Shown here: in pieces, positions 44,922 to 55,776 of the stretch
How the letters are laid out: every line of letters starts with the position of its first letter
Numbering within the stretch: position 1 is the stretch's first letter
From: Candidatus Bathyarchaeota archaeon
Lineage (GTDB): Archaea; Thermoproteota; Bathyarchaeia; Bathyarchaeales; DTEX01
DNA length: 64,000 bases
NCBI GenBank assembly: GCA_963714275.1
Contig: CAVQNT010000001.1
Span: 98,098 to 162,097, forward strand
Direction of reading: 5' to 3'
Program-made: the position numbers and the translations under genes
The notes under the pieces: generated by a model
The model's database searches: none
What the model was told of the DNA's origin: nothing
What the model saw: only the letters and a program-made list of their open reading frames with translations

Positions 44922-45292
44922 GCTTGGCTATGGTATTTTTTAAGGCTGTTCTCTAAAATATGCCTTGTCCACTTCTTAGTTGGGTCAGAAGGATTCTCAA
45001 ACCAGTAAAGCTCATTACCGTTATCAGGTTGTCCTGCTACAATGTCCAGATGTCCATCACCATTAATGTCAACAACAACACCACCCGCCTCAAGATTTGC
45101 TCTCGCAATTACATGCCTTTTCCAGTGCGGATACTCATACCAGACTAAGTAACCTTCTTCAGGGGATTTTTCATAATTAGCGATGATTACATCATTGAAG
45201 CCATCGCCATTTATGTCGGCAACCAAACAAAGAGACATTCCGGTTGCAATGGCATGTTCATCGATGATTTTGTGACGAAATTTAGGATTCAT
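44204..45292 (-). CDS. FG-GAP/VCBS-repeat beta-propeller protein, copy B
   Basis: C-terminal ~240 aa identical to copy A; N-terminal ~125 aa divergent. Confidence 0.9.
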   Translation of the reverse strand: MNPKFRHKIIDEHAIATGMSLCLVADINGDGFNDVIIANYEKSPEEGYLVWYEYPHWKRHVIARANLEAGGVVVDINGDGHLDIVAGQPDNGNELYWFENPSDPTKKWTRHILENSLKKYHSQAVGDVDGDGEDELLVPSQQAKVLVYYDVPPDPTVSPWPSKYRHLICDNIVIEGLAIVDLDGDGVNEVVAGPNIFKPPKTPKGKWSRKILKEFHARVWEGIVFSRTRIQVADMNEDGVLDLVMSECESDNGRLVWFEGSDWKMHMIKDDLFHPHSLGVADFDKDGHMDIYVGEKMQNNPNVPRQIIYLNDGKGDFTEHIIDLGTGTHEAKVADIGNTGKMSIVGKTRVRPQVDLWQNITP

Positions 45293-45557
45293 TTTGCATG
45301 ACATTGCCAAACACAACAACCATCGAGCCACGATCTACCTATTTAGACTTTCCATTGATAATGCGTCTCCCCTGTCTGGTGCTCGAAGCCTCATCCGTTA
45401 ATCCCAGACTTTCCCACTTTATGGCTTCATTGTCTATCTACACCGTTTGCTTCCAAAGCTAGTAGACCACTTGCTGACTGTACAACAACATAAAATTTAA
45501 TACACATATGGTCTGTATAATCTCAGGTTAAATATTCCACGAGGAGGACAGCTTGAA

Positions 45558-47749
45558 ATGAATTCTATGATCGATGTAATCTCATCTAGTTTACCTGATG
45601 AGTTGGAGTCTCCAGTAAAAAGTGAAGACCATAGCAACCATGTTGTATACCTTGCCTTGAAAGGACATACAAAACTGGCGTCAGATCACCTTCTACATAG
45701 GGAGATGAAAGGACACTTAGAGGAAACCGTAGGAAACGTAATTCGCCAGCTTAACCTTGCCTTCAATAAAGACTCTACTTGAACAGACATGTAAAGAAAC
45801 ATCAAAAGATAAGGAATCCATTCTTCTGTGCGCAAGGGCATACGATGTTCTCTTGAACTCAGCCCTCAACTTATTCGGCTTAGAAAGAAGGATAGTGGGA
45901 TTCTCCAAGAACGAGGTTGAAAACACGCTCAAGAAGATTGCGATTGCTCTAAGTGACCTGGAAAACCTAGAAAGAAAAGGCGTCTTTTGTGATAGAAACC
46001 AAGAAGCACCGATAGCACGTGCTGTCGTTGACAATATTATAAAAGAAATGAAGAAAGTGATGGCGGTGAATTATAGACTCCAGGTTCAATGGAAGCCTAT
46101 GTTGCCAATGGAATCGAGAAAGATATAGACAAAGATAACATAACAGCGTCATTTTTAAGCTTAGCAAAGCAGCAAATCCAACAAAACATCTACTATAGAA
46201 TAGTCGAAGCCGGAATGTGTAGATTTGGCAACGACTACGCTATAGGGCTTAGATGGCTTAGACATCTGGGATTTGACCAGGTCTCAACGAATCCGTCTCT
46301 AGCAGCAATAGCCTATGACGACGATCCCACTCAATGGGAAGGCTACAGGGGAGAAAACCTATGCCCAGATTTCAAGACCATGGCCAGAAGGCACGCGGAA
46401 TTGCTCAGTGACTTGGAAGCTCATGGAGAGGAGATAACTGCAGCCGGAACTGAGGTAAGCATCTGGCCGAACCTCGCGATATTCAGACCAATAGCCATAG
46501 CCTCAAACATATTTAAGGGCATGGTCAGTCTTCAACTGAACCCAAAAGTCGCAGACAACGTTGAGGAAAGCGTAAGGTACGCCCTTAGGTTCTATATTGA
46601 CGCGGAGGAGTTTCTTAGAAAATATGATGAGTATTTGCTTTGGGGATATTCTGAAAATGTTGAAAGAGGAAGACCAAACATTGTATTCAAAGTAGCAGGA
46701 AGCTCACCGCAGCTATCGAGATAACTAGGAAACTTGAAGCTTTGGGTATTGGTACAAATAATACTTTAACTTCTACCGTCTCCCAGGAAGTAGAGTTGAT
46801 ACTGGCCAAGATGGAAGGAAGGGCAGAAGCCATTAAGAAAGGAATTCCCTTGACGACCGTCTACGAGACAACCATGAGCGGCAGACTAGATGATCACGTA
46901 AGAGAAGTGCAGGCTGAAGAAATGCTGAAGAAAGCCCTGGAAAAGCTGAATGACAAAGAGGTTACTTTAAGGAAACTAGCTGAACGTCTGAAGGCATGGG
47001 ATGACACTAAAGGACAAGATTCTCTCGAAGAGAAGATAAGGACAGTATGCAGTCGTCGATACCTAAGTCCACTAACTAAGGAGCCTTTTGTAGACCTACT
47101 CGCAGAGACAGGAGTTCCCTCCAAATCGAAAGACGAAGTGGCAAAATACCTCGACACTTTAGAGAACGACATAGAATGCTGTGGAATAGCTGTGACAAAA
47201 CAGGTTTATGAGATCTTTTTCACCTCCGAAAACAGACCAAAATGGACAGATTATCTCAAGTCAAAGTACGGTCTAACCCAAGCGCAAGCCATAGAAGTGA
47301 TAAGAGGAATTGATATTCTTCCAGCGGCTAAGAGGAACGCCAAAGATACTCTTTTGACATTGGCGGGAACGAATATGACTAATACGGACTTCCCGAACCA
47401 ACAGATGAATGTACTGACAAAGGGTCATGAGCCGGGCTTCACTCTGGAAGATTACAAAGAGTCAGTTCTTAAAGCCCTTGACCCAATAACATTCCGTAGA
47501 CTAACCAAGGAATGGAGCAGCATCAGCGAGCTCTTCATAAAGTCGTATGAACTGACTCCCAGTCAGCAGAAAGTTTTGAAGGAAGCAAAGATTGCGAATT
47601 CAGGAAAGTATGGCAACCGCGGGCTTCTACCCACCGAATGGCAAAATTTTGGTGTCACAGTGAAGACGATGACAGAGTTTTCAAACAGTTACGAACAATT
47701 CAAGAAAAGATGTCTCGCTTTCGTCCGCAAAATCTCAAAAGAGAAATGA
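45558..47749 (+). CDS. Large (~730 aa) transaldolase-family protein with helical insertions; three frameshifts
   Basis: RFGNDYA, VSTNPSL, GMVSLQLNP, PNIVFKVAG (Schiff-base Lys), GIGTNNT, SGRL. Confidence 0.8.
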
Positions 47750-48049
47750 TACTTTACCACTTTCCGTAGACGCTCTGTTAACATGACTGATGACCATAAT
47801 TTTTTCAATTTGGCATGATATGTCAACAGCAAATAACCTAACTTCTGGGTCTGGAAATAACTATCTAGGAATTATGGCGGAAAGGAGGATCCTACCCGAT
47901 CCTGAAGTTCGAGTTCTTCACTACGCTCGGGCATTCACCTTACAACTGGTCCTTGACCATTCGGTTGATCCCTGTAAAAATCTCAAAGAGCACATGCTCT
48001 TGCAGCCCAAGAATGACGCTGTCTAATCTTCTTTTACGTATCTTTTTCA

Positions 48050-48989
48050 TTAATCCTCAAGGTTAAGCCATCTGATCTCTTTCGCTGTCAATGATAACGA
48101 AGTAGCTTTGACGCATGAAGCCGCCTCTTCCTTGGTATGGGAACCCACAATCGGGACGATTGAGAAGGGCTTGTGTAGTAACCAAGCCAGCGCCACCTCA
48201 ACAGCTGTATATCCATTTCTCTCGCCAATCTCCTTCGCCCGTTTCAGTCGCTCCATGTTATCTTTCGTGCAATAGAGTTTGATCAACCTCTTTGTAAAGG
48301 CATCTAGATCTGACCCTCCGGTGTCAGGCGTATATCTGCCCGGTAAAGAAACCCCTTGCCTGAGACGACCAGGGGATTAGTGGTATCCCGGTCTCTTCGT
48401 GCCAGCGTTCGCCCATTTTGTCCGTTGTCACTGAATAAGGATAGAATCCGGCTGCAGGAACTGCTAGACTAATATTATTGCTGACCATAGCAAATCCCTT
48501 AATACCCTGCTTGCGAGCGTACTCATTCGCCTCAATAATCCGCCGATACTCCCAGTTCGATGCTCCCAGAGCACGTACATGTCCCTCTGTAATCTGGTTG
48601 TTCAATGGATCAAGTATTTCTGCCACAGGTATCATAGGGTTATCGCGGTGAAGCATATACACGTCGACATAATCCGTTCGTAATGCTGCAAGACTTGCTT
48701 TAAGCTCCTCACGCATGACTGTGGCGAAATCCTCCCCAACTCCACATTTGGTAATGATTACGACATGTTCACGCATTGATCGGCTATCCATCCACTGCCC
48801 AACAATGTCTTCACTCGTCCCATAACTTCGTGCTGTATCAATAACAGTCCCACCGAATCCTACATATGTATCCAGTACACCGAACCACGTGTCTATACTA
48901 CTTATGTTGTAGAAGTGGGTCCCCAAAGCCAATTTCGACACTGGCTTACCAACACCCTCTATAAGATACTTCGCAGACATCTTCGTCAT
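48050..48989 (-). CDS. Aldo/keto reductase (frameshift near 48340)
   Basis: LALGT, IDTARSYG, IITK, MLHRD, GASNW, WSSQARG, VALAWLL. Confidence 0.9.
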
Positions 48990-49400
48990 AGTTAGCTTTT
49001 TCTCCTATGTCATCTTTGAGTAGAAGAATATTACTACCATTATTTTAAGTTTAAGGGTTAACTTTGTCAAGTGCCAATTCTTAGAAAAAATACAACTGTA
49101 TTGAAACCCTAGGAAAAACAACACAAAATTATTAAAAAAACACTAGCAATCTGCAACGAACTACTTCGCGTTTCCAATCTAGTCAGGATTTCAATAAACA
49201 TCTCCATTTCGTCATTGTGGCTTTTGGGTAAATCACACATATGACCATTGACCTTCTGAAATATATCAGATATCGTAGTTAGGGAACGAGAAGGAATATT
49301 GATAATCCCAGTATAAGGGAGAAGAGCGTAGTCTCGGGATTTTTTGACAAAACTTTATTATCAGCATAACAGAGAGATTTGTATATCTAGGTGGTAAGAT

Positions 49401-50699
49401 ATGAGAAAAGAGTCACATGCAAAAAAAGAGGTATTGGATGAGGCAGATAGACTCTCTAAGGAAGTGGTTGAACTCTGCCGTCAACTTGTGCGAATTAACA
49501 CTGTAAACCCATATTGCGGTGACGCAACAGCCGGCTTGGAGAAAGAAGGACAACTCTTACTGAAATCGGTATTGGAGGAGATGGGTATGCGAACGAGGTT
49601 ATTCGAACCACCTCTTGACATTTATCAGCGGATGGGCGTCCTAGGACCAAAGAATCGGAGCTTCAAGGACCGACCGAACCTACTTGGGGAAATCAGCTTT
49701 GGAGAAACGGGCAAAAGGATCATTCTCAACGGCCACATGGACACTGTAGGAGCAGCGGATATGGACTTCGACCCCTTCGCTGCCGAAATAAAAGGTGGAA
49801 AGATAATGGGACGGGGAACTAGTGACTGCAAGGGAGGATTAGCCGTCGCCTTAACAGCAATCAAGGCACTACTACCCTTTAGTGATGAACTTCGCGGGTC
49901 GATTGTCTATGAAAGCGTTGTTGACGAAGAGTGCAATGGCAGTGGAGCAGGCACCCTTGCATGCATCGATGCAGGCTACAAGGGAGATGCAGCACTATTC
50001 ACTGACGCTGAGGAAAAAATTACGCTTGGTTGCAATGGAGTCTTGACTGTTGACATACATGTCATTGGTCGCTCAGCCCACTCATCAAGCAGCACGGGGG
50101 TGAGTGCGATTGAGAAGGCACTTGTCGTGAAAAAGGCTATTGATCAACTGAAGGCTGAACGTGAGGGTCTCTACCCTGACGCAAAGTTGAACCTAGGAGT
50201 CTTAACGGGAGGCGTCAGCCCAACTGTTGTTCCCGGCAGCGCATACATGAGCATGAACATCGTCTACAAAATAGGGGAAGCAATAGCCGCTGAAAAGGCA
50301 GGCAAAAAGTACGGAGCTATAGGAATCCAGCGGAGGCTTACAGAATTGGTTAATTATTATGAGAACGAGGACGAGTGGCTTCGGGAAAATAGATCAAGGA
50401 TTGAGTGGATTAAGGATATCATTCCATTTGAGACGCCTCAAGACACTGAGATAGTCCAAAGGCTAGCGGAGGTTTACAGGATGACGCTCAACCAAGATCC
50501 TGTCTTCACCAATATGAAGGGTTGGAGCGATGCGTGCTACTATTCTAGATTTGCCAAGATGCCGACGTTTCTGTTTGGCCCAACAAACGGCGACGCTCCT
50601 CATAGTTCTCATGAGTATGTTGAAATCAAGAATCTAACGACCGCTTGTAAGGTTATTGCCATGTTCCTCTACAATGAACTCAGAAAAACTGATGCGTGA
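49401..50699 (+). CDS. M20 family ArgE/DapE-like deacylase
   Basis: NGHMDTV, GRGTSDCKGG, VDEE, GRSAH, FGP....PH...E. Confidence 0.92.
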   Translation: MRKESHAKKEVLDEADRLSKEVVELCRQLVRINTVNPYCGDATAGLEKEGQLLLKSVLEEMGMRTRLFEPPLDIYQRMGVLGPKNRSFKDRPNLLGEISFGETGKRIILNGHMDTVGAADMDFDPFAAEIKGGKIMGRGTSDCKGGLAVALTAIKALLPFSDELRGSIVYESVVDEECNGSGAGTLACIDAGYKGDAALFTDAEEKITLGCNGVLTVDIHVIGRSAHSSSSTGVSAIEKALVVKKAIDQLKAEREGLYPDAKLNLGVLTGGVSPTVVPGSAYMSMNIVYKIGEAIAAEKAGKKYGAIGIQRRLTELVNYYENEDEWLRENRSRIEWIKDIIPFETPQDTEIVQRLAEVYRMTLNQDPVFTNMKGWSDACYYSRFAKMPTFLFGPTNGDAPHSSHEYVEIKNLTTACKVIAMFLYNELRKTDA

Positions 50700-51239
50700 G
50701 ACTACGCGTTATACAAGGAAGAGCTAGTTAAAGGTGGATAATAGACGAGTTCGATTCAACTGTGGAGCTGAGATCAATTCAGGAATATTCACAAATATCC
50801 TAGGGCTTTCTTTTTCTCACTTGTTCAATTGTGTTTTCCCAATCGTGTATGGAGCAAGAAAGTCTGGGATCAAAAGATGATATTGTTATGAGAAATACCT
50901 CAATTCACCTTAACACACTATCTTCCCGTTGTCAAGACAAGAGGACCTAATCCTGTTAACTCACCTGATCTGAAATCTCAATAGGAACTAGCCTGAAGAT
51001 TCCAGGGAAAGTAAATGCCCCGATTATGTGATGAACAGACATAGTCGTGTGTGATTAAAGTTCCCTTAGGGTGAACCATGACTGAAGTCAATCTTGATAC
51101 ATATGTTCTGCAAGAAGCATTACGAAAGTCTTATATGTTGCAGGTTTTCTTTTTTTTAAAAAAGACTTGTTACAAATAGAGCGTCCTCTATATGTTGACG
51201 GTGCGTAAATAATCTAAGTTAAGGAGAAAATATTGAACC

Positions 51240-52182
51240 ATGAAAATATCCCTGCATTCCGTAAGCTATTCCGGCTTTTTCTATAGTGGTAAATCTTTAT
51301 CTATCGAGGAAATTATAGATAAGGCCTCTAGCTTTGGTTATGATGGCATTGAACTGATGGCGAAAAGGCCGCATGCAATGCCTATGGATTTGGATCAAAA
51401 GGCAAGAAAGAGAATTCGAGAGCTCACTAATTCATATGGTGTTGAACTGGCTGCCTTGGCTTCTTACACTGATTTCAGCGGACCAGAGGTCTTGAAGAGA
51501 GAACTTAACTTGCTTTACATTCACGATGTCCTGAAGATGGCTAGAGACCTGGATGTTAAGATAGTAAGAGTTCTGGCAGCTGGCAGTGGAGATGTAGACT
51601 CCACTTTATCCTACTCGAAGCATTGGGAACTCTGCCGCGAAGGTCTTAAGGAAGCATCTAAGTGGGCTGAGGATTATGATGTCACTTTAGTCCTGCAGAA
51701 TCACCCACCTGTAATGGAATCCTTTAAAGACGTCATGGAAATGATAGAAGAGGTAGGCAGTAATTTTCTCAAGGCCTGTATAGACCCGGAGACTTCTTAC
51801 CTGGACAAGGGAGATAGATCCTTATTCTAAGGAAAAAGGTGACATGCTCTTTGAAACGTACGATAAGTGTAGAAACCTGCTTGCTTTCATCCACATAGGA
51901 GACTACGCCGAGAGACAAGGAAAGATCTTGTGGCTACCTGGAGGTGGCGGATCAAGACTTAGAGCTGATAGGCTAGAAAGAGTCGTTCTGGGAGAAGGGA
52001 CTTTTGGTATGATCGCTGAGTCGTTCATCAAGGCCTTGAAGAAAATCAACTACAACGGATTCATCTCCTATGAGATATGTGAATCTAGGTACACCAAACA
52101 CAAATTAATAGACTTCGAAACAGTTGAGAAAGAAGCAAGTAGAGCAGTCAAATATCTAAAAGAATTAATTGCCAAAGTTTAG
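51240..52182 (+). CDS. Sugar phosphate isomerase/epimerase (TIM barrel), frameshift at 51790
   Basis: LHSVSYSG, GYDGIELMAKRPH, LQNH, HIGD, SYEIC. Confidence 0.88.
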
Positions 52183-52227
52183 CATAATGAAATAAAAAAA
52201 ACTGTAGAGAACGAAAAAATCTACATC

Positions 52228-52280
52228 GCATAAAGAGATAACCTTCTAAACTATACAACATCATGCATAAAGAGATAACC
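52228..52280. repeat. 16-bp direct repeat GCATAAAGAGATAACC x2, upstream of a Gfo/Idh/MocA gene
   Basis: Exact copies at 52228-52243 and 52265-52280. Confidence 0.8.
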
Positions 52281-52369
52281 CCCTTTTTTTGGCTTATGCC
52301 AAAGAAACATTTTTAACCTTCCACCATCATATCCGAAAAGAAATCTATTAGTCTAAGGGTGTAGAAATT

Positions 52370-53392
52370 ATGAAAAAAATTGGCTTGGGTCTGGTGGGAG
52401 CTCGGTTTCTTATCTGATATTTTCGCCCGATGCTACAAAGAGAACCCTCAAGTAGATCTTATTGCTGTATCCTCTCAAACCGAAGCGCATGCCAAGGGAT
52501 TTGCAGAAAAAAACGGGTTAAAGGCTTGGTACACAGACTACGATAAGATGTTTGAACGGGACGATATAGATGCTGTCAACATCTGTGTCCCGAACTATCT
52601 TCATGCTCCGGTAACCGTATCCGCAGCTGAACATGGGAAGCATGTGCTTTGCACAAAGCCTCTCGCGATCTCGGTAGAACAAGCGGATCAGATGACCAAG
52701 GCTTGTAGAACCGCCAGCGTCAAACTAATGTACGGTGAGAACTGGCTTTTTACGCCTGCAGCCGAGAAAATATATGCGATAATTAAGGAGGGTGCTTTGG
52801 GGAGAATCTTAGCTATTGAAGCCCGAGAACAGCACGGAGGAAGCCATTCAATTTACGCAACAAAGAAGGAGTATGCTGGTGGAGGTGTACTCCTTCAAAT
52901 GGGCGTTCACCCCATTGGCTTAATTATGCAAGTGATGAATCAACCGGTTAAACGGGTTTATGCAGAACTGGGAAACCTACTTCACAACCTTAAAACTGAG
53001 GATTATGCTGTGTTATTAATGCGGTTTAACGATGGGAGTCGGGAATGGCGCAATCCAATTACATCACAAAAGGAGGTATGCAAGACAGGATCGAAATCTA
53101 TGGCTCAGAAGGAATGGCTTTCATGAACTTGACTCACGCTAACCCAATACATATCTACAGTGACATTGGATATTCATATGTTGCTGAGAAATCTACAATG
53201 AGTTGCGGGTGGACCTCGCCCATTATTGACGAGAAGGCTCAATTTGGGTTCTGCAACATGCTCAGTCATTTCGTAAAATGTGTCATAGAGGATGAGGATC
53301 CAATTCCAACTGGCGAGTTCGGAAAAGAAATCCTTAAAATAGTATTCGCAGGATACGAATCTTACGAAAAGAAGACCGCTATCACACTCTAA
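52370..53392 (+). CDS. Gfo/Idh/MocA oxidoreductase (two frameshifts)
   Basis: MKKIGLGLVGAG, PNYLH, VLCTKP, GGGVLLQMGVHP, ED.A. Confidence 0.9.
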
Positions 53393-53737
53393 AATGAAAA
53401 AAGCACTTCATAAGAATTAACCAATACAACAAATATCATTGGTATTCAGAATCCTTCTTAATTAACACTTCAGCGTTACAACTCGCTGATTATTCGATGA
53501 TAAGATGAAGAAAGAGTCGACGTGAGCGTCTAACAAAACTCTTCAGTATGATGGCTTGGGCACACCGGGACTAAAACAAGTGGGACGAAGTCCACGAATA
53601 TCTAGGCCAGCTCAGCTTATTCTTGGCAATAGCTCTGGCTTAGTATGCTACGGTTGAGATGAAGCCCTTTGAACTTGTTGCCTTCAGATTTGGGAGATAA
53701 GGGCTAGGGAAACGCTTGGTGCTTGTTCACTTAAAAT

Positions 53738-54505
53738 TTAATCTATTATATTTAGTAATCGAATTATGTTGCCTGCCATCACATTGTATTTATCTTCTTT
53801 AGAAACCTCGCTGTCCAGAAGAGCATTATACCTAGCGACTTCCACATGCATTAACTCAAACGGAGTGTCGCTTCCAAAACATACCCTCGACGAACCAATT
53901 GTTCTTATTGCCTTCAAGATGGGTATTGTTCGAACAGCACTTCCAATTAGTGTTATATTTGAATATTTCTGCGCAATTTCTATGGCAGCATTGGTTATGT
54001 CGTCATGCGCGACACCGCCCATGTGAACCATGAGAATCTGTAGTTCAGGAAAGAGACTTGCTATTTTACCTACCCTAAAAGGGTGTGTCAAGTCATAGGC
54101 ATCTGTTCCAACGTGGAGGGCAAGTATTTTACCAGCCTTCGCGATTTCCTCAATCACTGGAATGGATAACTTTGGATCATCTATGTAGAAGTTGTTCTGA
54201 GCACCGTTTAATTTGACACCGTAAAATCCATATTCATAAAGGCATTTCTTCACTGTAGTTTTTGCTTCTTCAACGCCAAGGTTTGGGTCAACCCACCCGA
54301 AGCCAAGAATCTTATCAGGATATCTTCTCATAGTCTCGTAGACATATTCATTTAAATTTTCAAGCGCACGAGTGTAAGGTGGCTGAAGCCAAACGACAGC
54401 TTTATCAACTCCTGCTTTTTCCATCCTTTTCAGCAATTCTTCAGCTGATATGCCCTTTCCAACTTTAGACATCGACGAAATGTGAACGTCAGCATCAATA
54501 ATCAA
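53738..54505 (-). CDS. Amidohydrolase_2 family metallohydrolase
   Basis: IIDADVH, GVKL, ALHVG, MVHMG, FGSDTPF, GNIIRLL. Confidence 0.9.
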   Translation of the reverse strand: MIIDADVHISSMSKVGKGISAEELLKRMEKAGVDKAVVWLQPPYTRALENLNEYVYETMRRYPDKILGFGWVDPNLGVEEAKTTVKKCLYEYGFYGVKLNGAQNNFYIDDPKLSIPVIEEIAKAGKILALHVGTDAYDLTHPFRVGKIASLFPELQILMVHMGGVAHDDITNAAIEIAQKYSNITLIGSAVRTIPILKAIRTIGSSRVCFGSDTPFELMHVEVARYNALLDSEVSKEDKYNVMAGNIIRLLNIID

Positions 54506-54575
54506 ACATCCCCCTCCTTTACCTTAACCTCAATATCTAGCTCACTGAAAATAATTTTTTTTAAGCCGTCGTCTC

Positions 54576-55598
54576 CTAGATTAGTTCTTTCAGAAATACT
54601 GTCCTGTTCTCACGCATGGAAATGAGACCTGCTTCTAACATGGCTTGTACTTCAACGTTAAATTTTGCTGAAACTGTATCTTCGAAGGATTTGTCCTCCA
54701 AAATGCATCTAACGAAATGTTGTGGACCATTTTGGTTTCCCTCTTTTAATGGCGGCGGATTAATCCCTTTCCAGGAATTTTTTTCTTCTTGGAAGACTTG
54801 GACATCTTGGTTCACAGCGATGGTTCCTTCGCTTCCTCTTATCACGAACTGATACTGAATTGGTCCTCCACTTCCGATTTGAGACCATGTGCCTTCCAGT
54901 ACACCCATGGCTTTTTTATAACCCAAAAGTAGCACAGCGTTGTCATCGACCTTAAGGTAATCTCTGACGTAAGTTCCTCCAAATGCCGTTGCTTTCTCGG
55001 CGATTCCTAATATCGAACGGCAAATATTGACGCCGTAACAGCAAAAATCAATGTAAGCACCAGCACCATTTATTTTTTCATCGAAAAGCCAATTGCAAAA
55101 GTAGGGGGAACATCCGATTTCTTTCGGTCCCTTGTGACCGGTTCTTCTCCAAATCTGATAGATGTGCCCAACGGCTCCTTCTTTAGCCAGTTGAACTGCA
55201 TATTTTATCGCAGGACTCCAGGTTGTCGGATAGTTTACCATTAACCGAATCCCGTTTTTTTCAGCTACTTTGTACATTCTTTGAGCCTGTTCCAGTGTTG
55301 CAGCCATCGGCTTCTCGGTCATGGCATGTAATCCTCGCTCTGCTGCCTTTGCGATTACATCAGCGGCGCGTCCATTTTCCGTGTAGACAAGAACCGCGTC
55401 GAGATCTTCTTTCGACAAAAGATCATCATACGTTTTATAGGTCTTCTTGAAACCCATTTTCCTCGCTTGTTCAAGTAACGGTTCGTTTATGTCAGCAACG
55501 CATGTAACTTGGGCATTTTCTATTGTTTCAAAACTCTTAAGGTTAGCCCAAATATGATCATGGATTAAACCGAGAATTCCGACTTTAAGCTTCCCCAT
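54576..55598 (-). CDS. Gfo/Idh/MocA oxidoreductase
   Basis: GILGLIHDH, TEKPMA, GHKGPKEIGC, GAGAYIDFCCYG, DDNA. Confidence 0.9.
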   Translation of the reverse strand: MGKLKVGILGLIHDHIWANLKSFETIENAQVTCVADINEPLLEQARKMGFKKTYKTYDDLLSKEDLDAVLVYTENGRAADVIAKAAERGLHAMTEKPMAATLEQAQRMYKVAEKNGIRLMVNYPTTWSPAIKYAVQLAKEGAVGHIYQIWRRTGHKGPKEIGCSPYFCNWLFDEKINGAGAYIDFCCYGVNICRSILGIAEKATAFGGTYVRDYLKVDDNAVLLLGYKKAMGVLEGTWSQIGSGGPIQYQFVIRGSEGTIAVNQDVQVFQEEKNSWKGINPPPLKEGNQNGPQHFVRCILEDKSFEDTVSAKFNVEVQAMLEAGLISMRENRTVFLKELI

Positions 55599-55776
55599 TT
55601 TTCTTAACCACCATTTATTTAGTCATCGTTTTATGTCTACATTTATTTTTGTTAGTTTTGCTATCTAGCCAATACGAAGTGAAACCTTCAATATAGTAGT
55701 CTCTGCTAGTTATTCGTTTAATGCATGTGTTTGGCTATTTTACCATTTTGGGATTAGCTAGCTATATCACATAATT

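Noticed and set aside
28076-45292. Diversity-generating retroelement (TR/VR) explanation for the FG-GAP and SDR repeats
   Set aside because: Differences are not adenine-specific (CTG/CTT, TAT/TAC, GTG/GCG), both copies are full genes, and no reverse transcriptase is in the window.
47790-48026. 78-aa ORF, plus similar short ORFs at 6562-6765 and in 53540-53730
   Set aside because: No motifs or RBS recognised; could be remnants but cannot be supported.
51028-51085. Possible C/D box sRNA (GTGATGA...GTGATTA...CTGA)
   Set aside because: No convincing D' box, irregular guide spacing, no terminal stem and no recognisable rRNA complementarity.
52228-52280. Mini CRISPR array
   Set aside because: Only two 16-bp units with a 21-nt spacer, and no cas genes.
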